From: a virus | Strand: one strand, 5' to 3' | IMG/VR virus record: IMGVR_UViG_3300031772_000009 | Span: 1 to 64,000 of that record | DNA: 64,000 bases | Shown: positions 1-10,375 of the stretch, piece by piece | Layout of the letters: the number at the start of each line of letters is the position of its first letter | Position numbering within the stretch: position 1 is the stretch's first letter | Made by a program: the position numbers and the translations under genes | Notes under the pieces: generated by a model | Seen by the model: only the letters and a program-made list of their open reading frames with translations | Told to the model about the DNA's origin: nothing | The model's database searches: none

Positions 1-145
1 GCAATTCGACAATTCCTATTATAGAGTCATTCTATATTTTACATTCTGGAAAGTACGAAGTTATATGAAGATAGAAGAACAAGTTGAAGACACCAATGAA
101 CTCGTAAAAGATTATCAAGACGTTCAAAAATCTATGAGGAAATAG
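1..145 (+). CDS. partial hypothetical protein (5' truncated)
   Basis: open frame 2 from the window edge to TAG at 143-145. Confidence 0.5.
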   Translation, partial: QFDNSYYRVILYFTFWKVRSYMKIEEQVEDTNELVKDYQDVQKSMRK

Positions 146-147
146 CA

Positions 148-540
148 TTGCGAACTTATCCACCCAAAACCAGTGATACGTGTATTCTAGGACAAAAGGC
201 TAAAAATACCACTCATGAGTGGTATATAAAGGGTGGAACTTTCTGTAGTAGATGTCGAATAAAATTCACGTTTGAAGAAACCAACAAACTTCTTCTTAGA
301 GATACTGAGTTGGGTAGGAAACATGGTGTTCCACGATGTTGGAATTGTGGACAGTCGTTGAGGACAAGAAGCAAATCGTGTGACTGTGACGGTTTCTGGG
401 AAAGATTAAAGGAGAAACCAAAACTGAAATGTCCAAAATGTGGAACAGAAATGGTTGTTGGTGGTCAATTAGGATGGTCTGCTGAAGTTCTCTTTTGCCC
501 AAAATGTGAACCAAATAGGAAGAGTGAGAACCAGAAATGA
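148..540 (+). CDS. multi-zinc-finger hypothetical protein
   Basis: several CxxC pairs; ATGA overlap with next gene. Confidence 0.7.
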   Translation: MRTYPPKTSDTCILGQKAKNTTHEWYIKGGTFCSRCRIKFTFEETNKLLLRDTELGRKHGVPRCWNCGQSLRTRSKSCDCDGFWERLKEKPKLKCPKCGTEMVVGGQLGWSAEVLFCPKCEPNRKSENQK

Positions 541-1712
541 ACGAAGTTATTGGGATTTTTGCTGACCGTCCAGACATGGCAACTGGTATGGCTGTTGTCT
601 GTAGAAACTTAGCGTTGGGATTATCTCATTATCCAGCAAGAATAATCTATTTCGGAAGGTTTGGATGTGAAGTTGGATTCTCCAAGCAAACAACAGTTCA
701 TGACGACATTTTAAACTTTGATTACGTTCAGTGTGAAGGTAGAGTTTGGAAACCTAAAACAGTGATAGAAGCAGTGGAACATTACGGTGTAGACTACATC
801 TTCAGCGAAGACGACTTCTTTAGTGCTGGTGGTTTGGTTACTGCCTCACTGAAAACTAAGAAACCTTTGCACTTGCTTACTCCAATAGACAGTTTGCCAA
901 TTCATCCTAGAGCCTACGACATTTTCAAACGATGTAAGAAAGTTTACGTTCCAAACAGAAGTTACAAACTAATCAAAAATGGAGTGTTCTTGCCTCACGG
1001 AGTAGACACTAACCTATTCCATCCAGAAAATCACAATCATAACGAAAATAACACTTTCACTTTCTTGTGGGTTGGACGAGACGAACCACGAAAGGCAATG
1101 GGACGGGCAATAACGGCTCTGGAGAAAATCTACAGAAAAGTAGATTGTAAAATGATAATTCATAGTGACTGGAGAGCAGACATGGCGAAGAGGACAGCAC
1201 GTTTCTTACGTTACAAACGTGACCTTCCAGTAGTCATGACGCAAATGGAAGGTGGAAGCCATGCGAAACTTGGGCAAATCTATAATAATGCCGATGCCTT
1301 TATATGTACTAGCAAGGCTGGTGGTTTCGAAATGGGAATAACTGAAGCAATGGCTTGCGGTCTACCAGCAATAGTTACGGACTGGACTTTCATGCAAGAA
1401 CTGATTGACAGTATTTGTCCTTACATGTATCATAGTTGTTTAATAAAGGGTTGTGCAAACGGACTCTTAATTCCAATCTCAAGCACTTGTGAAGACTGGG
1501 TTGACTTGGGAGACGGTAGACGGTGGGGAATTCCTCTGGGAAGAAAATGGGGAAACATTTCAATTAACGCTTTAGCAGATGCAATGAGGTTCATGGTGAA
1601 TAATAGAGAGGTTGTAGATTGGATGGGACAGAAAGCGTTGGAGAAAGCCAAAAAGTATAACTGGAATGAGATTTCTGGAAAACTATACAAGGAGATAATC
1701 GAAAGTGAGTAA
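537..1712 (+). CDS. glycosyltransferase family 4 (GT-B)
   Basis: PHGVD, WVGR..PRK and GFEMGITEAMACGLP motifs. Confidence 0.92.
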   Translation: MNEVIGIFADRPDMATGMAVVCRNLALGLSHYPARIIYFGRFGCEVGFSKQTTVHDDILNFDYVQCEGRVWKPKTVIEAVEHYGVDYIFSEDDFFSAGGLVTASLKTKKPLHLLTPIDSLPIHPRAYDIFKRCKKVYVPNRSYKLIKNGVFLPHGVDTNLFHPENHNHNENNTFTFLWVGRDEPRKAMGRAITALEKIYRKVDCKMIIHSDWRADMAKRTARFLRYKRDLPVVMTQMEGGSHAKLGQIYNNADAFICTSKAGGFEMGITEAMACGLPAIVTDWTFMQELIDSICPYMYHSCLIKGCANGLLIPISSTCEDWVDLGDGRRWGIPLGRKWGNISINALADAMRFMVNNREVVDWMGQKALEKAKKYNWNEISGKLYKEIIESE

Positions 1713-2103
1713 AACAAAAGATGAGGATATTCAGAAAGTCTATTACCAAAGAACGCATATTTCAATCAAGGGTTATCCAGTCCAGATACGAAGGGGAATA
1801 TGTAGTAGTTGTAATAGAAGTAAACATAAAGGAGAAATCAAAACTACGCAACTCCACCACACAAAATATGCTTTTGAAACAGAAACGGTTCTGAAGAATC
1901 CAATATTGGCATTAGAAAACACTCTTGAACTCTGTTTCGGATGCCATCCAGTTGCAGACGGATTACGAGATATACTTCTGTCAAATCCGAGGGGTGGACT
2001 TAGAAAGATAGAAAAAATCATACGAGTCATCAAATTTCTTCCAGAAGAACAACAGTTACACTTTACCCATTTGGCGAGGGAATGGTTGAAGGAGAGAAAA
2101 TAA
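1705..2103 (+). CDS. HNH-like zinc-binding protein
   Basis: CxxC...LHH...NTLELCxxCH. Confidence 0.65.
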   Translation: MSKTKDEDIQKVYYQRTHISIKGYPVQIRRGICSSCNRSKHKGEIKTTQLHHTKYAFETETVLKNPILALENTLELCFGCHPVADGLRDILLSNPRGGLRKIEKIIRVIKFLPEEQQLHFTHLAREWLKERK

Positions 2104-2526
2104 ATGATAGACTTACCAGAGAAACCCCTAATGGCATATTTATCATATCCATTTAGTGCAAACCCACGAAAATTCACGAAGGAAGTTTGCAAATCTGCCA
2201 AGGAAATAATGTTTAAATACCCGAATATTTTCATCATTGTGCCACATACGTCTGTGGATTATACATTGTATGGTCCACCGAGGAAACGGATTCAAGACTA
2301 TGGACAAAGAGACCATACGATTGCCGCACAACTTGAATTTTCAATCCTCTGGAACATAGACATATTCATTCAAGGAGTCCCAGACAATCCTTTAGTTAGT
2401 ATGGGATGTATCTGGGAACACAGTTTCGTTCAATGGCTCAACTCATGGAGAAAGAAACAAATAATCATAATCATGCTTGAAGACATGTTGAAGGAAGTAA
2501 GAAAAGATGCGAAAATCAAAAGTTAA
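2104..2526 (+). CDS. nucleoside 2-deoxyribosyltransferase-like (DUF1937/DUF4406-like) protein
   Basis: YLSYPFS...VPH...SMGCIWE pattern. Confidence 0.55.
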   Translation: MIDLPEKPLMAYLSYPFSANPRKFTKEVCKSAKEIMFKYPNIFIIVPHTSVDYTLYGPPRKRIQDYGQRDHTIAAQLEFSILWNIDIFIQGVPDNPLVSMGCIWEHSFVQWLNSWRKKQIIIIMLEDMLKEVRKDAKIKS

Positions 2527-2737
2527 CGAGACGCATAAACGTAGTCTTTTCAAGGGAATTTCAATGCGTATTCTTGAAATCACTATAGACACAGTGTTGC
2601 TTTCCGTGTTGAATTTTGGAGTTGAAAAGGCATTAGTCGTTTCTATAGGAATTGAGGGACTCTGTTTCGTCATTCATTACATAAACGAAAGACTATGGAA
2701 TAAAGTAAATTGGGGGCGAAGAATAGAATATGAATAA
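2507..2737 (+). CDS. DUF2061-like small membrane protein
   Basis: ETHKRSLFKGISMR...YINERLWNKVNWG. Confidence 0.75.
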   Translation: MRKSKVNETHKRSLFKGISMRILEITIDTVLLSVLNFGVEKALVVSIGIEGLCFVIHYINERLWNKVNWGRRIEYE

Positions 2738-2975
2738 CGGAAAGAAAGTTAGTGTAAAAAAGAAACTAAAAGCAAAGCAAATGTGGGTGGAACAGTTCTT
2801 CTATAAACTTGACGAATCAGAAAAACGAATAGACAGTTTAGAAAAACGAGTATCAGACATTTCAGTTACAGTTGCGTATGATATTGCAGAGTTGCGAAAA
2901 CGAATTGAATTAATAGAGGAATTTTTGGGTGGAGTAGAAAGCATTAAAAAGGTATTGAAAGATGCAAAAAGCTGA
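2730..2975 (+). CDS. coiled-coil hypothetical protein
   Basis: heptad pattern, operon coupling. Confidence 0.6.
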   Translation: MNNGKKVSVKKKLKAKQMWVEQFFYKLDESEKRIDSLEKRVSDISVTVAYDIAELRKRIELIEEFLGGVESIKKVLKDAKS

Positions 2976-3294
2976 AGACCCAAACATTAGAAAAATCGTG
3001 GTTGGCAAAGACTGTTACAGTAAATACTGTGCCAAATGTTCATACTGTGTAAAAGCAGAATGGAGTCCCAAAGAAGGATTCAAGTATGGTTGGATAGACG
3101 TTTACTGTTGCATGAATAGTGGAAAATGTAACCCACAATCAATGTGTCCAAATGGAATAGGATGGGATATGTGTCTGGGAGAAGCATTCGAATTCGACCC
3201 AGAAAAAATATGGAAACCAATGTATATCCCCGTTCTGGGAGAAGGACTGGTTGCCGTTTCAATTCCTAAAAAGGAATGGTGGAAAGACGAATGA
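2962..3294 (+). CDS. Cys-rich hypothetical protein
   Basis: operon coupling. Confidence 0.6.
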   Translation: MQKAEDPNIRKIVVGKDCYSKYCAKCSYCVKAEWSPKEGFKYGWIDVYCCMNSGKCNPQSMCPNGIGWDMCLGEAFEFDPEKIWKPMYIPVLGEGLVAVSIPKKEWWKDE

Positions 3295-3542
3295 TAGAAT
3301 TGTTAAGTAACATTGGAAACACACTGGCTTTCATTGCTAGTATTCCACAGATAATAACGGCTTATAGAAATCGAAGAAACCTTAAAGGATTGTCTTCTTT
3401 GATGCTTTTCATTTGTTTCATGGCTTACCTCTTCTTCATAATGGTAGCATATTTGAATGGGGCATATGTAGGCGTTGTCTTATGTTTAATTAGTGAAGTG
3501 TTCCACGTTCTACAATTTTACTGGAAGAGAAGATATAGATGA
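3291..3542 (+). CDS. PQ-loop/SemiSWEET-like 3-TM transporter
   Basis: IPQI motif, GLS, three hydrophobic helices; ATGA-coupled start at 3291. Confidence 0.75.
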   Translation: MIELLSNIGNTLAFIASIPQIITAYRNRRNLKGLSSLMLFICFMAYLFFIMVAYLNGAYVGVVLCLISEVFHVLQFYWKRRYR

Positions 3543-4696
3543 TAGACAAAATATTGTGGTGGTGTCCCACTCCTTGGGAAAATGACGGTGGAGCAATCGT
3601 TACCTTTTACCAAATGAGAGAAATGAATCAACAATGTCCAGAAATCACAAACCATTTAATACCTAAAGTGTGGAGTCAAGCAGACCAAACTGAACTTCCA
3701 TTCTGTAAATTTCATAAGGCAACAACGAAATATTTTGGTCAAGTACCCAATGAAATCCCCAAAATTATGAAGAGAGAACAAATCAAACTGTTGGTTTTGT
3801 TCCATATTCCATGGGAATATTTTCCAATAATAGACAAGGTTCATAAGATGGGTGGCAAAGTGATTAATTGGCAAACCATCCACTGGACTAATGACGTGTT
3901 GTTTCTAAGCGATAAACTTAAAGATTTTGATTGGTGGATTCCGCCAACACAATACGCAATGGAAACTTTAGTAGGGGTAGGTGGACTAAGTAGGGGTAGG
4001 ATGACTGTTATTCCACATGGAGTTGACACTTCATATTTCTTTCCGCATGACACAAGTGAACTTCGAAACAATTTAGGAATTAAACCAGACCAGAAAATGA
4101 TATTGTTTGTTGGAAGAGTACAACTTACCAAAGGAATAATTCCAATGATGCTCACAGCAAGAAAACTCTGTGATAATTTTGACTGTCACATAGTCTTTAA
4201 AGCTGGAGTTCATGATGGAGTCTGGAAAGCAAAAGAAATGGCTCATCTACTGCATAAAATGACAAAGTGGGATTCAAGAATACATTTCCTTACAAATTGG
4301 ACTACGCCAAGTTTCATGGAAGAATTAACAGCCGCATGTGACATTCTAGTTTGTCCAAGCGGTCACGAAGGATTCAGTCTTCCACCGTTAGAAGCTATGG
4401 CTTGCAATAAACCAGTAGCAATAACAGACATTCCAGTTCATAGAGAACTTCTAGGCGGCAAAAACGGCATATGTGGCTTATTGATGCCGCCCTTCATGTC
4501 AACAGAATACGTTAACGATGTCCAAATGGTCACTATTCCTTCAGACGATATGATTTATGGCTCAATAAAATATTTGTTGGAGAATCCAGACGAAGCAAAG
4601 GTAATGGGAGAGGAAGGTTTAAAAAGAGCAAAGCAATATTATGATTTACGTGAAGTGTGTAAAAAATGGTTCTCTCTTCTCAATAATTTCATCTAA
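3539..4696 (+). CDS. glycosyltransferase family 4
   Basis: IPHGVD, FVGR..KG, EGFSLPPLEAMAC. Confidence 0.93.
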   Translation: MIDKILWWCPTPWENDGGAIVTFYQMREMNQQCPEITNHLIPKVWSQADQTELPFCKFHKATTKYFGQVPNEIPKIMKREQIKLLVLFHIPWEYFPIIDKVHKMGGKVINWQTIHWTNDVLFLSDKLKDFDWWIPPTQYAMETLVGVGGLSRGRMTVIPHGVDTSYFFPHDTSELRNNLGIKPDQKMILFVGRVQLTKGIIPMMLTARKLCDNFDCHIVFKAGVHDGVWKAKEMAHLLHKMTKWDSRIHFLTNWTTPSFMEELTAACDILVCPSGHEGFSLPPLEAMACNKPVAITDIPVHRELLGGKNGICGLLMPPFMSTEYVNDVQMVTIPSDDMIYGSIKYLLENPDEAKVMGEEGLKRAKQYYDLREVCKKWFSLLNNFI

Positions 4697-4756
4697 ATTT
4701 TATAGAAAGATTTAAATATGAGATAAGTTATATATTTCATAGTTGGTGTATTAACC

Positions 4757-5287
4757 ATTAAAAAAATCTGTGTAAATTGTGGAAAGGAATATGATTGTGG
4801 AAGGAAAAGACAAAGAGGAGCGAGTGCTAAAACATGTTCTTTTCAATGTTTTCAAGAATGGCAAAAGAAATATAGGAAAAATTACTATGAAAAAAATAAA
4901 GAATTAATTCTAAAAAAACAGTTAGTATATATTCATAAAAAGAGACAAGAAAATCCAGAATGGTGGAAAGAATATCTTCTAAAATCAGCAATTAAATTGA
5001 AGATGTGGAACGAAAAACATCCAAATTATATTAATGAAAGAAATGCTAAAAGAAAAAAGGAACTAATTGATTTGCTTGGTGGAAAATGCCAAAAATGTGG
5101 ATATGATAAATGTACTGCGGCTTTAGATTTTCATCATGTAAATTCAAACGATAAAGAAAAAAAATACAAGGTAAAGAAATCAAGAGAATGGAGATTATAT
5201 AAAAAAGAAATAGAACAAAACATAAAAGAAGGAAAAGTTATTCTTTTATGTTCTAATTGTCATAGGGAGATACACCATGATAATTAA
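4757..5287 (+). CDS. HNH homing endonuclease (probable ATT start)
   Basis: LGGKCQKCG..LDFHH..LLCSNCH; frame is open from ATT 4757 and encodes an N-terminal CxxC..CSxxC finger; own TATA at ~4710. Confidence 0.85.
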   Translation: MKKICVNCGKEYDCGRKRQRGASAKTCSFQCFQEWQKKYRKNYYEKNKELILKKQLVYIHKKRQENPEWWKEYLLKSAIKLKMWNEKHPNYINERNAKRKKELIDLLGGKCQKCGYDKCTAALDFHHVNSNDKEKKYKVKKSREWRLYKKEIEQNIKEGKVILLCSNCHREIHHDN

Positions 5288-5317
5288 ATGGTTTGACTTG
5301 TTTGGGAAGTTGGAAGA

Positions 5318-5674
5318 ATGAAAAAGATAAAAGTTCCACATGTAATAGTCTTGATTAATCCGTCCAAACCAGAACCTCAACAAGATTTAAATGGTGAAAT
5401 CAAACTTTTCACTAATCAATTGGAAGAGTTTGCCCATTTAAATTTTTCAAAAGTTAAGAAGGAAAGAATGGTATATATAAGTGGGGTTAATGTTGACGGA
5501 GAATATCGTAAACGGGGATATGGAAGATTATTAGTTTCAATTTTTGAGTCTCTAGTTAAATCTTGGAGTTTAAAACAGATTTATCTAATCGTGGCTGATG
5601 ATGACGCTGAAAAGTTCTGGAAAAAAATGGGATATGTTGAAGAAGAAGATTACATGGTGAAAAAGATTAAATGA
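5318..5674 (+). CDS. GNAT acetyltransferase
   Basis: V..EYRKRGYG, AEKFWKKMGY. Confidence 0.88.
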   Translation: MKKIKVPHVIVLINPSKPEPQQDLNGEIKLFTNQLEEFAHLNFSKVKKERMVYISGVNVDGEYRKRGYGRLLVSIFESLVKSWSLKQIYLIVADDDAEKFWKKMGYVEEEDYMVKKIK

Positions 5675-6159
5675 AACCGAAAACCGAAAGTGAAAAGACG
5701 AACAGACTCATTCTTAAGCGACTTACTAGCATAGAATTTAGACTTGGAACACTGGAGAATACTTTGCGAATATTAGAAAGTGGAATTGATAAACCCAAAC
5801 GATATTTATTATTCGGTGAATGTGTGCCGCCACCATCAGTATGTAAAGACATATATGGAACAATGATTGGAAACTCAAGTTATGAGGGGTTCTTAGGAAG
5901 ACTTGCTGAATATTACAAATGTGAACGTATGAAATTGTTAGTAAATCCAGAAAGAAATAGAGAGGACACTATAGCAATGTATTATCCATATGAAAAGATA
6001 GCATATTCAAAAGATGCTACGGTTGCCCAAAGTACGGTTCTGCATGAGTGGTTTCATCATATGGTAAATCTTGGAGTCGTATATCTATCAGAAAAGGAAA
6101 AGAAAGAAGAGGAAGTTTACGCTAGAAATTTTACAGAAATGTTTTTGGGGAGAATATGA
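5671..6159 (+). CDS. HExxH zincin-like protein
   Basis: VLHEWFHH...EE..A. Confidence 0.65.
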   Translation: MKPKTESEKTNRLILKRLTSIEFRLGTLENTLRILESGIDKPKRYLLFGECVPPPSVCKDIYGTMIGNSSYEGFLGRLAEYYKCERMKLLVNPERNREDTIAMYYPYEKIAYSKDATVAQSTVLHEWFHHMVNLGVVYLSEKEKKEEEVYARNFTEMFLGRI

Positions 6160-6528
6160 ATGGATAAGACTAACGTTTCGTGTTCCAGACCATGTTCAGA
6201 CGGTAAACCATGTTTGCCCGATGAAGACAAATGCCCTTTGAAATACGAGATAGACTTGGATAATTTGGTTTTTGAAATCAGAAAGTCCACTCCTAAACAT
6301 TATCGTAGAGCCAAAGTCTGGGTTAAGAGGGACAAGGCAAGAATAATAATAACTGACGAAGAACGTTGGTTTGGATGGTTGGATATGTGTGTTATGTTGA
6401 ATCATGAGTTTCTACACTGGATACTTTGTTGTATTACTGGACAGAAGTGGGGACTCAAGAAATATGATGAATTCTTGGATAGTTTAGGTTTATACAATCA
6501 TGATGTCTTGATGGAGATATGGTTATGA
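6160..6528 (+). CDS. small HExxH protein
   Basis: LNHEFLHW. Confidence 0.6.
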   Translation: MDKTNVSCSRPCSDGKPCLPDEDKCPLKYEIDLDNLVFEIRKSTPKHYRRAKVWVKRDKARIIITDEERWFGWLDMCVMLNHEFLHWILCCITGQKWGLKKYDEFLDSLGLYNHDVLMEIWL

Positions 6529-6728
6529 CAATTTGGCTAATCTTGGCTTTCTTGTTAGGTTTTTTCGTTCAGAGAATCATTATTGCTAGACATAAAGGAT
6601 TTATGAAGTTGGGTTCAAGTTGGAAATTGAACAATAACAAAATCTATAAATGGTTGCACAGAATCTTTTGTGAATGTTGTCCCAGAAGATTATACTGTGA
6701 TGAATACAAAAAGAGGATTAAGAAATGA
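6519..6728 (+). CDS. small membrane protein
   Basis: N-terminal TM helix. Confidence 0.6.
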   Translation: MVMTIWLILAFLLGFFVQRIIIARHKGFMKLGSSWKLNNNKIYKWLHRIFCECCPRRLYCDEYKKRIKK

Positions 6729-7543
6729 AAATTGGCTGGATTGCAGACAACTTCTATCCAGATGTTAAACGTGGAGCAGAAATAGAAGATTACCTTCTAA
6801 TTCAAGAAGGACTCAGACGTGGACATAAAATAATCAAAATGGGAAAATTGAACAAAAACGTTGATGGGTTCATAGTGGCAAACTTCCTAGACAACATTAA
6901 TATTGGAGAATTGTTTGCTTATCTGTCACGTAAACCATACATCAAAATTGAACATGACTTGCGTGGACCAATGATTCCGTTTTATAAGATGCTTGCTAGT
7001 GAAGCGTTACTTGTTGTTTATCATAGTCCAATCCAACAAAGACTTATAGAGAAACATGGAGTGGTATATAAATGTTTCCTTCATCCAATGTGTGTTCCAA
7101 CAGAATTTAAGGATTTGAGATTGAAACGTAAACCAGAAACGGAAGTTCTCTATGTGGGAGACTATGCAAAGGAGAAAGGCTATCAAGAAATGGTAGAATG
7201 GCTTGAACAACGTCCAGAATACACAATTTGGCATTATGGTAGCGGATTTCCAAAACATCATCCAAGAATGAAAGAGATGGAGTCTATAGAACATGAAGAC
7301 ATGCCAAAGATTTACAACAAGTTTCAAACCTTAATCTTTCTTCCAGCCTTTCAACAAGCGTGTAGCCGAGTAATAGCCGAAGCATACCTCTGCAAAGTTC
7401 CAAACATAATCACTAATGGAAAAGACGGATTCACAAGTTACGGTTGGACAATGAACGATTACGATAAAGTGAGAGAAAGACTTATTAATGGTCACAAGAT
7501 ATTATGGGATAAAATTGAAGGGGAATTCGGCAATGCGTCATGA
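6725..7543 (+). CDS. glycosyltransferase (GT-B, GT4-like)
   Basis: LYVG...EKG, ACSRVIAEAYLC. Confidence 0.8.
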   Translation: MKIGWIADNFYPDVKRGAEIEDYLLIQEGLRRGHKIIKMGKLNKNVDGFIVANFLDNINIGELFAYLSRKPYIKIEHDLRGPMIPFYKMLASEALLVVYHSPIQQRLIEKHGVVYKCFLHPMCVPTEFKDLRLKRKPETEVLYVGDYAKEKGYQEMVEWLEQRPEYTIWHYGSGFPKHHPRMKEMESIEHEDMPKIYNKFQTLIFLPAFQQACSRVIAEAYLCKVPNIITNGKDGFTSYGWTMNDYDKVRERLINGHKILWDKIEGEFGNAS

Positions 7544-7904
7544 ACATTATAAGATGAAAAGAAAGACATTACAAGAAGTTTTGGCGAATCCATACTTCAT
7601 CAAATTCATAGAAGACTTGAAAAATTGTTCAACTGTGAAAGAAATCTACATTGTTGGTTCAATGGTTAGGAAAGGAGTAAGTAACAAAGACGTTGATATA
7701 AAAGTTGTAAGGATTGAACAGAATATGGCTGGAGACAAAGAAATCTACAATTTGGTTGATTCCTTTCCACATTTGTCTCCACATAAAAAGAAGTTAACTG
7801 CAATAAAGTATTTCATGATTGGAGATATTCTAATCAATGTTTTCTGGAGTGAAATGAGATTTGATAAACCATATACTCTTTTATGGAGAAATGAAAGTGC
7901 CTAA
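7533..7904 (+). CDS. minimal nucleotidyltransferase (Pol-beta superfamily)
   Basis: IYIVGS...KDVDI. Confidence 0.75.
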   Translation: MRHEHYKMKRKTLQEVLANPYFIKFIEDLKNCSTVKEIYIVGSMVRKGVSNKDVDIKVVRIEQNMAGDKEIYNLVDSFPHLSPHKKKLTAIKYFMIGDILINVFWSEMRFDKPYTLLWRNESA

Positions 7905-8976
7905 AGTTAAAAAGTGTAGAAAATGTGGAAGAAAAATATCCTTTGCTGATGATAGAGATTACTGTGTTCCATGTGGCAAAATAGTAGTAGAAGAACAAAA
8001 ATTGCAAACACAACAGAACGAAAGAGAAAAACTGAATATGTATATACGACAGAAGGAAGAAGAACTTAGAAAGGAAGGTTTGGCTACAAGTAGAGGGTTT
8101 CTAAACGTTTTAGTAATTATTGATGCGTATGGATGGGCTTATGATTTCATCATGAGGGGGATTCAAAAATATAGTAAACATAATATTAGAATTGTGGCTA
8201 TTGCAGACATTACTAAAGAAGACGTGGAGTGGCTTGACGTTTTGTATTGTATGCATGGTTGCATATTGAATGATATATGCAATCATATTGGTCTTTTCAA
8301 AGACGTGAAAAGAAAATGTATTGGAATATTTAGTGAAGTGTATGACGAGGACATTATCAAGATGGTTGGATGGAATGTTGGAGTTGCAAACCAGAAAATC
8401 TATGATGATATAATGCGAAAAACTCCACGTATCCCATTGAAAGGATTATATGTTACAAGGGCTGGCGTTGACACTGAAATTTTCAAACCGATGGATAGAC
8501 CAGATAATAGATTCATTGTTGGTTGGGTTGGTTGGGCTGACCGTCCACTTAAACGTTACAGATTACTTAAAGACTTAAAGTTTCCATTTATAGTTCAAAC
8601 TAAATGGGGATGGAAATTCTTCGTTAAAGACCGTTCAAGAGATGAAATGATTGATTTCTACAGTAGAATAGACTGTTTGATAAACACAAGTGACTCGGAA
8701 GCGTTTCCTCTTCCAGTTCTTGAGGCGGCGGCAACTAGACTTCCAGTAGTGGCTACAAGGACGAGTGGAGTACCAGAATTCATAGATTCAGAATGGCTTG
8801 TTCCGATTAATCCAGAACATGTAGCCATGAGAGAAATGAATTCTAAACTTCAACTGTTAAAAGATAATTTATCGTTGCGAAAACAAGTTGGAGAACAAAA
8901 CTTGCAGAAAGTTTTAAATAGGTGGGCGTGGAAGTATATGGTAAAAGAGTTCGATAAAATGTTTGAAGAGTCATGA
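7891..8976 (+). CDS. glycosyltransferase family 4 with N-terminal zinc finger
   Basis: AGVD, VGWVG, SEAFPLPVLEAAA. Confidence 0.88.
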   Translation: MKVPKVKKCRKCGRKISFADDRDYCVPCGKIVVEEQKLQTQQNEREKLNMYIRQKEEELRKEGLATSRGFLNVLVIIDAYGWAYDFIMRGIQKYSKHNIRIVAIADITKEDVEWLDVLYCMHGCILNDICNHIGLFKDVKRKCIGIFSEVYDEDIIKMVGWNVGVANQKIYDDIMRKTPRIPLKGLYVTRAGVDTEIFKPMDRPDNRFIVGWVGWADRPLKRYRLLKDLKFPFIVQTKWGWKFFVKDRSRDEMIDFYSRIDCLINTSDSEAFPLPVLEAAATRLPVVATRTSGVPEFIDSEWLVPINPEHVAMREMNSKLQLLKDNLSLRKQVGEQNLQKVLNRWAWKYMVKEFDKMFEES

Positions 8977-9764
8977 TTATGAACAGCAAAATAGGAAAGA
9001 ATTGCAAAATAAGCGATAAAGCTAGGATTAATGTTTCAGAATACTTTGAAATTGGAGATAGAAGTATCATTCGTGATAATACAATAATCGAAGGTAGACA
9101 TATTGAAATAGGTAAAGAAGCATGGATAGACGAATATGCTCATATTGGGGGCGGAAGTTGTTTTGACTATCAATCCTTCCTAAAAGCTGGAGATTTCTTA
9201 CACATGGGCAAGTTCTCTCATGTAAATACGGCTAGAAGAGTTATAATAGGTAACGAATGTGGCATTGGTATAAACACTAAAATCTTTACTCATGGTGCAT
9301 ACCTTTCAGCCTATGAGGGGTTTCCGATACAGTTTGCCAATGTTGAAATTGGAGACAGAGTTTGGTTGCCTAATGCTTGGGTGAATCCCAATGTGAAAAT
9401 TGGAAACGATGTTGTTGTCGCCGCCATGTCTTTAGTTAATCGAGATTTACCAAGCGGTTGTTTGGCTGGTGGAATACCAGTAAAAATATTAAAGGAAAAT
9501 AGGTATCCTAGAAAGTTGTCTCAACAAGAGGAAGAACAATTGGTAATGAACATTGAGGATGATGTTCGAATGAAATTAAAGTTTGAAGAAAACAGAATTT
9601 ATCTTGAACATCCTAACACTACACAAGTTACGATGTTTGGTCTGAAAGAAAGAATAATTGAAGGAGTTGGAAATGAAAGAAGTGAAATTGTTAGAAATCA
9701 ATTGCGGAGATGTGGTATTAGGTTTAGATATTATATGGAAAATGGGAAGTATCTACCATGGTAG
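8973..9764 (+). CDS. hexapeptide-repeat (LbH) sugar acyltransferase
   Basis: hexapeptide repeats, VEIGDRVWL, GGIPVK. Confidence 0.88.
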   Translation: MIMNSKIGKNCKISDKARINVSEYFEIGDRSIIRDNTIIEGRHIEIGKEAWIDEYAHIGGGSCFDYQSFLKAGDFLHMGKFSHVNTARRVIIGNECGIGINTKIFTHGAYLSAYEGFPIQFANVEIGDRVWLPNAWVNPNVKIGNDVVVAAMSLVNRDLPSGCLAGGIPVKILKENRYPRKLSQQEEEQLVMNIEDDVRMKLKFEENRIYLEHPNTTQVTMFGLKERIIEGVGNERSEIVRNQLRRCGIRFRYYMENGKYLPW

Positions 9765-10375
9765 TATTAGCAATAGGAGCACATCCAGACGATATTGAAT
9801 TTGGTTGTTTTGGAACGTTGGCACGACTATCAAAAGTTCATGACATACACATTATTATCTTAACTCTGGGTGAATTGGCTGGTTCAAGCATTGTGAGAAT
9901 GGAAGAATGTAGACAGAGTGCAAAGTTGATTAATGCCACTCTACATTTCTTGGATTATGAAGAAGGAGACATATCTGTTAATGCTAGTAGTATTTTGAAA
10001 CTCAGAAATCACATTCGGTCAATTAATCCAAACATGATATTTACACTGTATCCTCAAGACACACATCAAGACCACAGAAATACTTCACAAATTACGGTTT
10101 CCGCTTGCCGTGATTGGAAACCAGATAGACAGAATATTGATGAAATACTATTTTACGAAGTAGTTAGCACAACGAATTTTCGTCCTAACATGTTTTATGA
10201 CATTACTGACTTTTTCCCTTTGAAAAAATCGGCTTTATCCATTCACTCATCCCAAAATGCAAAGATTTGCATGGATTTGAAAGTCTTGGAAGCATTGGCT
10301 CTCGTACATGCCAACAACTGTGGTTATAAAGACCGCTTATTCGAAGCGTTCTATCTATACAAAGCGGTTAAATGA
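9758..10375 (+). CDS. PIG-L/LmbE family deacetylase
   Basis: GAHPDDIE, HQDH, HSSQ. Confidence 0.93.
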   Translation: MVVLAIGAHPDDIEFGCFGTLARLSKVHDIHIIILTLGELAGSSIVRMEECRQSAKLINATLHFLDYEEGDISVNASSILKLRNHIRSINPNMIFTLYPQDTHQDHRNTSQITVSACRDWKPDRQNIDEILFYEVVSTTNFRPNMFYDITDFFPLKKSALSIHSSQNAKICMDLKVLEALALVHANNCGYKDRLFEAFYLYKAVK

